Shown here piece by piece: positions 30,430 through 41,330 of a DNA stretch of 64,000 bases (position 1 is its first letter; every line of letters starts with the position of its first letter). Both the position numbers and the translations under genes were made by a program. The stretch comes from Pirellulales bacterium (GTDB taxonomy: Bacteria > Planctomycetota > Planctomycetia > Pirellulales > JAICIG01). The notes under the pieces were generated by a model. It did not search any database, was not told the origin of the DNA, and saw only the letters and a program-made list of their open reading frames with translations. The stretch is from NCBI GenBank assembly GCA_040901675.1, contig JBBDYJ010000031.1, positions 217,220-281,219 on the forward strand, given 5' to 3'.

Positions 30430-31025
30430 GTTCGGTCCTGGTAACTGCCTTCGAGCCTTACGACGATTGGGCGGCCAACTCCAGTTGGCTTTGCCTGCAG
30501 GAGTTGGCTCGCGACTTGCCCGCTCTTCCGGCCGTGACCACTCGCCTGTACCCGGTCGATTTCGCCGCCGCCCGCGAGCGGCTCTGGCAAGACCTGGCCG
30601 CCGACTACGATTTTGCCCTCCACTTGGGACAAGCGCCCGGCTCCAGCGCGATCCGTCTGGAGGCGATCGGCTTGAACGTTGGCCTGCCGTCGCCTTCGCA
30701 CGCCGGACATTTGCTCCCGCTCGTCGAGGCGGCGCCCCTCGCATATCGCAGCGACCTTCCACTGGCGCAATGGGCGGCCCGGCTGGCCGAGTGCGGCATA
30801 CCGGCCCAGGTCTCCTACCATGCCGGAACGTACCTTTGCAATGCGGCCTTGTATTGGACGCTTCACCGGGCCCAGCAGATGGGCCTTCGCACGCGGGCCG
30901 TTTTCGTGCACTTGCCGCTCGATGTCTCGCAGGTGCTGGCCGAAGCCGAGCAACCCTCGCTGGCCGCCTCGACAACTGCCCGCGCCGTGCGCTTGATCCT
31001 CGCGGAGTTGACCACTCCCGCTTGA
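30426..31025 (+). CDS. pcp: Pyroglutamyl-peptidase I
   Basis: VLVTAFEPY, LEAIGLN, AGTYLCN and FVHLP; catalytic E/C/H present. Confidence 0.9.
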   Translation: MSSVLVTAFEPYDDWAANSSWLCLQELARDLPALPAVTTRLYPVDFAAARERLWQDLAADYDFALHLGQAPGSSAIRLEAIGLNVGLPSPSHAGHLLPLVEAAPLAYRSDLPLAQWAARLAECGIPAQVSYHAGTYLCNAALYWTLHRAQQMGLRTRAVFVHLPLDVSQVLAEAEQPSLAASTTARAVRLILAELTTPA

Positions 31026-31093
31026 CCTTCTCCGTGCGTGGTGTATGGTTGTCGGGCCACTCCGCGCCCGATGGCACACGGGGAATCGGCGAA

Positions 31094-32278
31094 ATGCAAC
31101 GACTGCCGGCGGCCAGCGCACTGTGCGCCGGTTTACTGCTCTCGATTGTGCGGGTCGCACCGGCCCAAACGGCGCCCCCCAAGACGGCACTCCCCCCGGC
31201 ACCGGCGCAAACCGCCGCCATACAATCCGGGGCTTGGGAACGGCTCGGCGCAAGCGCCGAAGGCCGGCCTATCGAGTTCGTGCAGCTCGGCGGCGGCCCA
31301 CGCCAGGTGCTGGTGGTTGGTTCGCTCGAGGGCGACCGGCCCGAAGGCCTCGAACTGGCCGCACATCTGGCCGCCCACCTGGCCCGGTTTCCTGGCAGAG
31401 CCGCTCAGGCCAGGGTGACCATCGTCCGCGATCCAAACCCGGACGGCCGACTGCGACGAACCACGGGCAACGCCAGGGGCGTTCACCTGGAGCAGAATTT
31501 CCGCACCTCCAACTGGCATAAGGTGCCCGCCTCACGCTATTGGACGTCGGGGCGCGAGCCGGACAGCGAGCCCGAAACCCGCATCCTGAAGGACCTGCTC
31601 GACGACGTGGCCCCCGACAGGATCCTGATCGTCTCCAGCGCGCCGGCCCCTGCCTCGCTGACTTACGCCGGCCCCGCAGAACAAGTTGCCGGCGCCATGG
31701 CCCTGCAGGCCGGACTCTGGCCCAAGCCGCTGGACGCGGCCACGGCAGGCTCCTTGGCGGCCTATGCCGGCCGGGACCGCGGCACCCCAACCATTGTGCT
31801 TGGCCTGCCGATCAGGTCGAGCGCTCAAGATAACTGGTCCAGGTACAAGCGGGCGCTTCTGGCGGCCCTCGATTTTCCGGAGGATGACTCGATTCCAGAG
31901 CATGACCCGATTCCAGAGCATGACGCGGCGCAGCCGTCCACGGGAAGCAATGGCCGCTCCGTTACCGCCGGCATCGTCCGGCCATACGTGCTTTCCTACC
32001 AGCGACTCGAACGACCCGGACCAACCGTGGCCGTCGTCAGTCCACGAGCCGCACAAGGCGGTCGACGGGTGGATGGGCCGGCGGAAACCGGCCTGACCCA
32101 AGGCCCACGTACACCGCCGGCGGCGCGGGGCGCCCACGAGAAGCCGCATTCGCTCAGTGGATTTGAAACAGGATTGAAAAGGCGACTGCAACGGCTTCCG
32201 GCCAGCGGGCTGTTCCGCCCGCGTGACCCGGAAATGCCCCAGAATCCAATCCCGCTTTATCCGGAAACGGGGCATTGA
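31094..32278 (+). CDS. Exported M14/MpaA-like (DUF2817-like) peptidase homologue with degenerate Zn ligands
   Basis: LGASAEGRPI, NPDG, NARGVHLEQNF and SEPET motifs; HGDE site reads EGDR. Confidence 0.7.
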   Translation: MQRLPAASALCAGLLLSIVRVAPAQTAPPKTALPPAPAQTAAIQSGAWERLGASAEGRPIEFVQLGGGPRQVLVVGSLEGDRPEGLELAAHLAAHLARFPGRAAQARVTIVRDPNPDGRLRRTTGNARGVHLEQNFRTSNWHKVPASRYWTSGREPDSEPETRILKDLLDDVAPDRILIVSSAPAPASLTYAGPAEQVAGAMALQAGLWPKPLDAATAGSLAAYAGRDRGTPTIVLGLPIRSSAQDNWSRYKRALLAALDFPEDDSIPEHDPIPEHDAAQPSTGSNGRSVTAGIVRPYVLSYQRLERPGPTVAVVSPRAAQGGRRVDGPAETGLTQGPRTPPAARGAHEKPHSLSGFETGLKRRLQRLPASGLFRPRDPEMPQNPIPLYPETGH

Positions 32279-32328
32279 TCCCGAGACGGTACAATCGCCG
32301 CAGGGATCGTCTTGAACGGAAGGGTCGT

Positions 32329-32895
32329 TCAGCCCGGCCGGTGAGCGACCGCACGCTGGACGCCGGCATGGGCTCGCTGGGCTTTGAGGCACGTCTGCCT
32401 GAATGTTTCCGGCCTCGACACTCCGGACAGTCGGAATGTCTCGACGGGCCCTTTGCGGAAGATCAGCTCGCCCGCGGGATACCAGGCCTGCCCCGGCAGG
32501 ATCTGCACGTCGATTTCGTCGAACTCGTCGAGCGTAATCGAGCGTTCTTCCAACGCGCGCAGTCCTTTCGCGATAATCAAGCGCCGGTTCGTCAACCGGT
32601 AGCGGCGGCAAATGCCGGGCAACAACCCCGCAAAGAACAAGCCGAGGGCAATCGGGATCGTCAGCAGCATCGAAAGCTTGCCCACGGTCAGCATGTGGCC
32701 TAATCCGCTTCGGTTCCCATACAGCCTGCCCAAAAAGCGGCCGGTGGCCGTGGCCGCGATGGTCGGCCAGACCGTCATGATCGTCACTTCGCCCAGCTCG
32801 GCCGGGGCGACGCCGGGAATTGCCTGCTTTGCCACTACCTTTCGACCAACAACCACGGCGGCCGCCGGCGCTTCATCTCCAACTGCCTGTTGCAT
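32329..32895 (-). CDS. Bacterial PH-domain membrane protein
   Basis: TM helix then RRYRLTNRRLII and GELIF; start uncertain. Confidence 0.7.
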   Translation of the reverse strand: MQQAVGDEAPAAAVVVGRKVVAKQAIPGVAPAELGEVTIMTVWPTIAATATGRFLGRLYGNRSGLGHMLTVGKLSMLLTIPIALGLFFAGLLPGICRRYRLTNRRLIIAKGLRALEERSITLDEFDEIDVQILPGQAWYPAGELIFRKGPVETFRLSGVSRPETFRQTCLKAQRAHAGVQRAVAHRPG

Positions 32896-33060
32896 CACCA
32901 GCCGGCTCCTGGAAAGCCACAAACGTAACACGCGTGGCTTTCTCAGGGCAAGTGGGTACCCCCAGACCGCATGAATGCGGATCACTACGAACTCAGAACC
33001 AGGCTGAGGCTACCCGATCGGGCGATTTCGGCATTTGCACCTGCCGGGTAGTATTAAGGT

Positions 33061-33957
33061 ATGCCCGAACCAAAGAAACCCCACGACGACGACCCGATCT
33101 TTGCCGACCCGCAACCGGCCGGCCGCGTACCCGCCGGGCCGATGCCCGCAAACCGACCGCAGGAGGTGCCCGCGCCGCCGGAGCCGGCGCAAGATGCCGA
33201 GCACCCCGTGCAGAAGGGCTTGCCAGGCACCTCCGCCCACCTCAAGGAGCGTGCCGGGCCCTATTGGGAACAAGCCTGGCTGAACCTGCGGGTTTGGGCG
33301 CCGGCACTGGCAAACCCGCATTTTCGCGCCCGGCAGATCAAATACCGCTCGAGCGAGAACCGCACGGCCCTCCAATGGCTGGTGGCGCTGCCACGGCAAT
33401 GCTGCCAGTGCGGCGCGACAGAAGGCCTGCGCAGCCGTGAATTTCGGCGGGACGTTCGGACTTTCGATGCGCCGTTGGCCATCCTGGCCGGCACCTGGGG
33501 CTTCGCGGCGCTGCTGCTGCTCGTCTGGCTGATGTTCGGTTGGGCGTGGACTCTCCAGTTGGCGCTGATTCTGTTATTACTGGGCGCCGGGCTGTTGTGG
33601 GTCAAAAGTTGGCAGGAAGGCGTGCGCGTCTCGATGTGGGCCTGCCCGGCCCACTTCGACGGACTTTCAGAGCCGGGGCTGGTGATCCACGACGACGAAC
33701 TTTTTGTTCAGGTCCCCGGCTCATCGCTCGCCGAAACCGCCAAAGCGGAGTTGGTGGCGGCCCGCCGGCAGCGCCGCCACTATCCCGAGGCGGTTGCGGG
33801 CGGCCCGCAGCGGAGCCCGGCGGCGAGCAGGCCGTCGCCTGCAGGCGAAAAACAGGGCGGTCCGCCCTCGACCGGACCGGCTCCGTTTGTCCCTCCACCG
33901 CGGGGCGAGTTGCCGCCCATCAAGCTGGCTGGAGACGAAGATGAGTCGACCCCGTAG
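33061..33957 (+). CDS. Hypothetical membrane protein (CCQC motif, two TM helices, Pro-rich ends)
   Basis: 298-aa ORF with coding-like codon use; LPRQCCQCG and CPAH flank two hydrophobic helices. Confidence 0.65.
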   Translation: MPEPKKPHDDDPIFADPQPAGRVPAGPMPANRPQEVPAPPEPAQDAEHPVQKGLPGTSAHLKERAGPYWEQAWLNLRVWAPALANPHFRARQIKYRSSENRTALQWLVALPRQCCQCGATEGLRSREFRRDVRTFDAPLAILAGTWGFAALLLLVWLMFGWAWTLQLALILLLLGAGLLWVKSWQEGVRVSMWACPAHFDGLSEPGLVIHDDELFVQVPGSSLAETAKAELVAARRQRRHYPEAVAGGPQRSPAASRPSPAGEKQGGPPSTGPAPFVPPPRGELPPIKLAGDEDESTP

Positions 33958-34087
33958 CGTCTTTACTGAACGAATAGCTCCGCCACAACCAGGCCGAAGC
34001 CGGGGACGACGTCCTCGGCCGCCAGGGTGGCTTGTTCCGCAAAAACCTGCGGCGGCGTGTCTCGCCGGTGGGCAGTGACGGCGCAAG

Positions 34088-34132
34088 AAAAAACCCGCCG
34101 CGGGCTGGCTAACCCGGGCGGGCTTTTCTCTT
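34088..34132. terminator. Probable bidirectional Rho-independent terminator downstream of the 16S gene
   Basis: aaaaaa-cccgccgcggg-loop-cccgggcggg-cttttctctt. Confidence 0.75.
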
Positions 34133-34249
34133 CTTAATCTGGTAGCTGCCGGCGGCCTTTTGAAGGGCAACCGGCTGATTCCAAGTCCAGCACAAGGACC
34201 GTCTCCACAATTCTTTGCCATGCGGATGTCGCCACCCAACATGGAAGGA

Positions 34250-35793
<1,544 letters not shown>

Positions 35794-36023
35794 TTTTACG
35801 CTTCACCGGAACGCCAAGGCCCCTCGGAGAGGCTCCCGAAGGAACCCCGCCTTGCGGCCCGCCATCCCGGATTCGTTAGCCAACGAAAAGGTCTGCTGCT
35901 CTCGAGCGGCATCCAATGGGAGACTGGCCCCCGCTTGAACACCGCACGATAGTGTGCCGTCCATTTGGACGGCTGCACGGTCTTGTGCTGGCTGATCAAA
36001 TTAACTTGGGATCACTACCAAAT

Positions 36024-36035
36024 TGTCAAAGAACA
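36024..36035 (-). promoter_or_regulatory. rRNA leader boxA antitermination element
   Basis: TGTTCTTTGACA on the minus strand (consensus TGCTCTTTAACA). Confidence 0.7.
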
Positions 36036-36091
36036 AAAATCAAAATCCCTGGCTGACCCGGGCCGAAACCCGGTCCCACCAGGGACTAGGC

Positions 36092-36119
36092 ATTCTATCG
36101 GACGCAATCGGGGTGTCAA
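36092..36119 (-). promoter_or_regulatory. Sigma70 rRNA promoter
   Basis: TTGACA-N16-TAGAAT on the minus strand, upstream of boxA. Confidence 0.85.
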
Positions 36120-36524
36120 GCAGGCGCACCGGGATTTTTCCGGCTTGCCATTGCCGGGGCACCGCAATCAGGTTGCCCCTTTTGGCCGTCGGACGTCGGA
36201 GGGACGCCGGACGATGGGCTCGGCAGGAAAACCGGGCCAGTGACACTTCCTATTACGCAATTTGGACCGCGCTCGTTCAGCCAAAAAGCACCTGGTCGCG
36301 ATGCCAGCGGGCCACAGCATGCGGTACCGGGGCTACGAACCTTCAGGCTGGATCGCCTCCCGGATTCCTAAGCATCTAAGCCGTTTGTGCATAACGGTTT
36401 GTAATGCCAGATCCCGCACATCGGCGCGGGCCGTCCCGCCAGTTCGGACCAGCCACGGCGACACGGTTAAGCCGCGTCGGCCGGATCCCGGACCGCAAGC
36501 GCCGTACGGTTTTCGGCAGCGCGA

Positions 36525-37901
36525 TTACCGTTCGAGCGCGAGCGACAGCGGTTGCCACAGGCTCTCTGGATGCAGTCCCGCACGGGGCTGCGGGGGAAAG
36601 GCCTCCAGAAGCCTGTCGACCCCGCGGTCGGTCACGGCCGTTCCGCCCAGCGAGAGGTATCGCAACGAGGGGATGGATTCGAGCCGCTCCAGGCCGGCAT
36701 CCGTGATCCTCGTGTAGCGCAGCGAGAGGCTTCTTAAGCCCGGCGCCAGGTGATCGAGGCCGGCATCGGTAATCCGCGTATTGTCCAAAACGAGGCGCTC
36801 CACGCCAGGCAACGCGAGGTGCCGAAGATCGCCATCGCTAAGATCCGAGCCGGAAAGGTCCAGCGAGACCGTCAGGTTCGCAGTTCGGAGCAAGGCCGTG
36901 AGTTCTTCCAGCCTTCTGCTGGAGTCCTTTGTTCCCGGGGCTCGAATGTCGATGTGCCCCAATGCGTGCAGTTGCGCTAGGAGGGCGTCTTGACCTGCGG
37001 GCAACGGACCGGTGAGCACAAGTCCATCAACTCGACGTAGAAACTCGAACCACGGAGCCGGTCCGAAGGCGCGCAAAAGCCAACGCGGTTTCTCATAATA
37101 TTCTCTACTGGCCTGGACCGAGAGCCCGCTGCGCCGCATTTGCCGCAGGACCATTTCCTCGCCGTGACAGACGATCACTTGCTCAGCCAGCCAGAGCGTC
37201 GGTGGCGCAAGCATAAGGACATAAACCGCACGCATCCCCCAGCGAACGCCGGCCCGTATGAATCGCTCGTCAGCATTGCGGCCGGCGTTCGATCGGCCCG
37301 AGCAGTCGTTCCCCGGCCTCGGCCCAGGCAGCGCGCGCAGCGCCGAAACGATGAGCGATGTCACGGGGCCGTCCAGACGAGTGCCGCTGGAGTTGGGTTC
37401 GGACGCGTCGTCCTGTTCAGGCTCCACGCGGACGGCTGCAAGATAGAGGTAGCCAAGCAGGGGCCCGGCCAGGCCGCCTCCCGCCGCGCCCAACACCCCG
37501 CCCAGCCAGCTCCCGTCCAGGATCGCCGAGACGACCGCGCCTTCGATCCTCCCCGTGGCGGGCTCCCGGGCGACTGCTACCAGCAGATTGATCGGCCCTA
37601 TCAGGATGCCGCTGGTGAAGCCGGCACAGGTGGCGGTCCAGGCGAGGGCGAGCACGCGCTTCAAGCCTTGCTTTCGCGTGCCGACGATCCGCATCCAGGC
37701 GATCGCCCAGACACTGCCAAACGCCGCACCTGACATCACGTACAGCGGCAGCAATCCATCCAATCGGCCGGCCGACAGGCGCAAGGGGCCTAAAATCACC
37801 CCCACGACAAGCGGAAGGAGCAGCAGCGACCGCAAGCGAAACGCAATCCGGCACCGCTCAGGCGGTGGCGAATCCGGCGGCTTGGATGAGGGAGTAGCCA
37901 T
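36525..37901 (-). CDS. Membrane protein with C-terminal leucine-rich repeats
   Basis: N-terminal FRLRSLLLL and TM helices; repeats LVLDNTRITDAGL, LSLRYTRITDAGL, LSLGGTAVTDRGV. Confidence 0.8.
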   Translation of the reverse strand: MATPSSKPPDSPPPERCRIAFRLRSLLLLPLVVGVILGPLRLSAGRLDGLLPLYVMSGAAFGSVWAIAWMRIVGTRKQGLKRVLALAWTATCAGFTSGILIGPINLLVAVAREPATGRIEGAVVSAILDGSWLGGVLGAAGGGLAGPLLGYLYLAAVRVEPEQDDASEPNSSGTRLDGPVTSLIVSALRALPGPRPGNDCSGRSNAGRNADERFIRAGVRWGMRAVYVLMLAPPTLWLAEQVIVCHGEEMVLRQMRRSGLSVQASREYYEKPRWLLRAFGPAPWFEFLRRVDGLVLTGPLPAGQDALLAQLHALGHIDIRAPGTKDSSRRLEELTALLRTANLTVSLDLSGSDLSDGDLRHLALPGVERLVLDNTRITDAGLDHLAPGLRSLSLRYTRITDAGLERLESIPSLRYLSLGGTAVTDRGVDRLLEAFPPQPRAGLHPESLWQPLSLALER

Positions 37902-38177
37902 CTCGCGACTTGCAGCAGCACCCCCTGGGACGATCTGCCATCCGCATTGTCATCGGATGGCAAAGCTGGGGCAAGCTCCCATGCTAAGGGACTCAGCGCC
38001 GCGCTGCCGCTATCAATGGCTGTTCTTGGCCTCCCAAACCAACCCCGAGAGTGGACTTGACTTCAGCTATCATCGCTTTGAGGGCGCCTCATCCGCAGTC
38101 CGGCGCGCCGTCCAGGTTGGGATGAATCGTTCATAAATTCACGCAATGCAGCCTTTTATGACTTTAGCTGCCAGCCG

Positions 38178-38193
38178 CGGCACGAGATGTGCT
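38178..38193 (+). promoter_or_regulatory. Sigma54-type (-24/-12) promoter
   Basis: CGGCACGAGATGTGCT, with GG and GC at the canonical spacing; an AT-rich tract lies upstream. Confidence 0.55.
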
Positions 38194-38256
38194 CTACGGG
38201 GGACGGGGGTGTGTGCGCCCTGATCCAAGAAACTTTCCAGTCCAAGGAGCCACCTT

Positions 38257-38667
38257 ATGAGACGCCTTCTTCTGATTCTGGCCGTGCTGGGCCTTTTCGG
38301 CTACATGGCCGCAGCCGCATCGGCCGCCCAGCGACGGCCGCTGGGACGGGCCGCCGTCCGCGGTGCAGTCCGGCTGGGCGCCGCTTATGCCGGTTCCGGC
38401 AATCGCGGCTACCGCTCCAGTTACTACCCACGCTACTCCGGCGGATATTATCCTCGCTCGTACGGCTACTCCCGCTACGGCTCCGGCTACTCCCGGTATG
38501 GCTCCGGCTACTCGCGGTATGGCTACGGCTACTCGCGGTATGGCTACGGCTATCCCCGCTACGGCTACGGATACCCTTCCTATGGCTATTCCCGATACGG
38601 GTATTCCCGCTATGGCTATGGCTATCCGTATGGGCGAAGCGGCGTCTCGATCCGGATCGGCTTCTAA
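38257..38667 (+). CDS. Secreted Tyr/Gly/Ser/Arg-rich repeat protein
   Basis: AAGGAG RBS, signal peptide, about five 21-bp (YGYSRYG-type) repeats, C-terminal GVSIRIGF. Confidence 0.8.
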   Translation: MRRLLLILAVLGLFGYMAAAASAAQRRPLGRAAVRGAVRLGAAYAGSGNRGYRSSYYPRYSGGYYPRSYGYSRYGSGYSRYGSGYSRYGYGYSRYGYGYPRYGYGYPSYGYSRYGYSRYGYGYPYGRSGVSIRIGF

Positions 38668-39785
38668 CGCCACGGCGATCCACCTTGAGCGGCGGCCGCG
38701 TGGCAGGCGCGGCTGACCGCGGCTCGCAGTTGCCCGGCGCGCCGGCGATAGGGCGTGAGCCAACCCCGGCTCAGCAGCGAGCGGACTTCCCGCAGGCCGA
38801 TCTTGCGTCCACGCTGCACGCGTCGGCGATCGGCCAGTACGGGGCGCAAGCCCGCCAGGGCATCCCACTTGGCTCGCAGAATCGCGCGCCCCTGACCGCG
38901 CAGGCTGAACCAGACCAAGGACGCCAGGTTGGCCAACAGGTGCTGCGGCAAGTACAACCAAAACAGCGCCGCCGGCATGTTCTTGACATAGGTCCAGACC
39001 AGGTTTCGGTGACCGTGGTAGATCTGGAAGTCGCTCTGCCGGCCGGCGGACGCGGAGCCTACATGGTGGGCGACTGCCGAGGGGACGTACACGTAACGGT
39101 TGCCTCGCAGCCGCAGGCGGAATCCCAGGTCCACGTCCTCGAAGTAACAGAAGTAGCGTTCGTCGAAGCCGCCCGCTTCCACCAGCGCGCTGCGGAGGTA
39201 CATAGCGGCCGCCGCGCAGGGCGAGAGCACCGGCTCGCCGGCCCGGGCCGGCCGCGGGTTGCCCCAATCGCGGCGCCAGGCAAGGCCGCTGACGTGATAG
39301 ACGTCGCCCGAACCGTCCAGCCGCGTGGGCTCGTCCGCGCTGACGAGCTGGCTGCCGAAGAATGCCGCATCTGGACGCGATTCGGCCGCCGCGAGCAGCT
39401 CCCCCAGCCAGCAAGGCTCCGGAAAAGCGTCGCTGTTGAGCAGCGCCACCCATTGGCAGTCGCCGGTCCGTGCGAGTGCCAGGTTATTTGCGGCGGCGAA
39501 CCCCAGGTTGCGCGGCGAGCGGATCAGTTCCACGCCAGGGCAGACAGCGTCGATTCCCCGCAGCGAGTCGTCGGTGCTGGCATTGTCGACCACCAGCACG
39601 CGCTGGGGCGGCCTCGTCTGGCAGGCCACCGCCGCTAGCGAGCGGCGCAGATGGCCGCCCGAGTTGTAGTTCACCAGCACGACGGCCACCTGGGCCACTG
39701 GGAGCAAATCGGTTGCGGCCCCGAGCAGACTCCCCGATCTGAGCTTGTTTTCGATCACCTGCGTGGGAGCCGGAGAATCAGGCAT
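38664..39785 (-). CDS. GT2 glycosyltransferase
   Basis: VLVNYN, VVDNASTD, NLGFAAANN, LLNSDA and YFEDVDLGFR motifs. Confidence 0.9.
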   Translation of the reverse strand: MPDSPAPTQVIENKLRSGSLLGAATDLLPVAQVAVVLVNYNSGGHLRRSLAAVACQTRPPQRVLVVDNASTDDSLRGIDAVCPGVELIRSPRNLGFAAANNLALARTGDCQWVALLNSDAFPEPCWLGELLAAAESRPDAAFFGSQLVSADEPTRLDGSGDVYHVSGLAWRRDWGNPRPARAGEPVLSPCAAAAMYLRSALVEAGGFDERYFCYFEDVDLGFRLRLRGNRYVYVPSAVAHHVGSASAGRQSDFQIYHGHRNLVWTYVKNMPAALFWLYLPQHLLANLASLVWFSLRGQGRAILRAKWDALAGLRPVLADRRRVQRGRKIGLREVRSLLSRGWLTPYRRRAGQLRAAVSRACHAAAAQGGSPWR

Positions 39786-41127
39786 TGGTCGTGGGAGAGA
39801 CGCCTGTTTTGGAGCGATGACCCACGTGGGGCGCTGGTATTCCGGGCCGCAGCCGGCAGATCGCACGGCGCGGCCAGTTGAGCCAACGTTCGACCTTCTG
39901 GGCGAGGCGATAGCCGGTGCTTTGGCGCATGCGCTGCTCCCAGATCTCGAGCTGAGCCAGGCGGGCGTCAAGTTCCGCGCGCCTGGCCTGCTCGGTCTCC
40001 GCCTCGTTTTCCAGGTCGGCCAGGCAGTCTTGCAGCCGCAGCTCAGAGGAGAGCCACTGCTCGTGGTATTGGGTCCAGCGGGCCAACAAGGCGTCGGTGA
40101 ACTGCTCTTGCGCCGAAAGGCGCCGCTCGAGCCGATCGTTCCCCTGGTCGAGCGCGTGCACTTTCTGCTCCAGGGCGGCGAAAGCTTGGGAAGGAGCTTC
40201 ACTCGTACACTCCCGCGCCTGCAGAACCTGGCGGCTGGTCTTGTTCAGGTGCCGCTCCAGTCGCTGCACCAGTGCGTTCTGCTGGCGATGCACTTCGGCC
40301 AGGTCGCGGACCTGTTCGCTGAGCAACGTCCACACGCGCGAGAGCCCGCCCTGAGGCGCGCCAGGTGGATCGGCGCTACTCGAAGAACTGCCGGAGGGCA
40401 GCGTCGCGGTGAATTTCTGCGTTTCCCGGCCAAGACGGTCGTACACGGCGCGGAGGCGCGGATCCTCCGGCGGCCGCGTATGCTGGTGATGCCGATGGAA
40501 CGAGTTGAACGAGCTGGCCGCGTGCGGGTCGAATTGCAGCCTCAACCGCGGGCAAGCCTGCTCGAGCCAGTCGGTAAAGAGCTGCGGAGGCATTTCGAAG
40601 TCGAACCAGATTACCTCGGCTTCCTGTTCGACGTCGGCCAGCAGCCGCTCGTTGTAGGTGCGCCAGAGATCGAGGCCCTTTTCGAGCGGCCAACCTTCCC
40701 GCAAGGCGAGACTTTCGGCCACGCTTTCCGGGTGCCTCCAGCAGGCCACGACGCGGTGGTCGCCCAACAGCGGCTTCCAAAGCGGGTAGGTGAGCACGGT
40801 GCGCGGGTCTTTCCAGCCGACGACGGGGGAGGTGGAGAGCCTGGCGACAAAATCGCGCATCCGGCCGAGCAGTTCCTCATTGGGTACCAGGCGGTGAGGA
40901 ACCTTGTCCCAGGCGCCCCCGGCGGCTGCCAGCAGCCGATCGTTGATTTCCACCACCTCGCGGGCTTCCCACTTACCCTGGGCATTGGAAAGGCTGGGGG
41001 CGGTGAGCAGGTCGTCGCCCAGGTGCATTCCGCAGCGGTTGAGCGCCCGGGTCAGGCAAGACGTGCCGCTACGGTGCATTCCAAGGATCACTACGACGGT
41101 GGTCGCCGAAGGTGGGGCGTCGCTCAT
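39778..41127 (-). CDS. Sulfotransferase-family protein with C-terminal coiled coil
   Basis: LGMHRSGTS PAPS-binding loop, WKDPR and RHPESVAESL; heptad-rich C-terminal half. Confidence 0.8.
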   Translation of the reverse strand: MSDAPPSATTVVVILGMHRSGTSCLTRALNRCGMHLGDDLLTAPSLSNAQGKWEAREVVEINDRLLAAAGGAWDKVPHRLVPNEELLGRMRDFVARLSTSPVVGWKDPRTVLTYPLWKPLLGDHRVVACWRHPESVAESLALREGWPLEKGLDLWRTYNERLLADVEQEAEVIWFDFEMPPQLFTDWLEQACPRLRLQFDPHAASSFNSFHRHHQHTRPPEDPRLRAVYDRLGRETQKFTATLPSGSSSSSADPPGAPQGGLSRVWTLLSEQVRDLAEVHRQQNALVQRLERHLNKTSRQVLQARECTSEAPSQAFAALEQKVHALDQGNDRLERRLSAQEQFTDALLARWTQYHEQWLSSELRLQDCLADLENEAETEQARRAELDARLAQLEIWEQRMRQSTGYRLAQKVERWLNWPRRAICRLRPGIPAPHVGHRSKTGVSPTTNA

Positions 41128-41330
41128 TGGGCACCGGGACGCGTGGGGATCCAAAAGGCGGCGCCGCGTTTGTACTTGCGACCCGCCTGCGGGGTCAATG
41201 CCAGCCTGCCAAGAGGGTGGACTGGGCGGTCCGGGGACCGGCGATCTGCCGTTGACTCGTTTTGCGCGCACTTATAAAAAGCCGGCCGCCCTACTGGAGA
41301 GCGAGCGGTTCCCCGGTCGATTGCGCCCCC

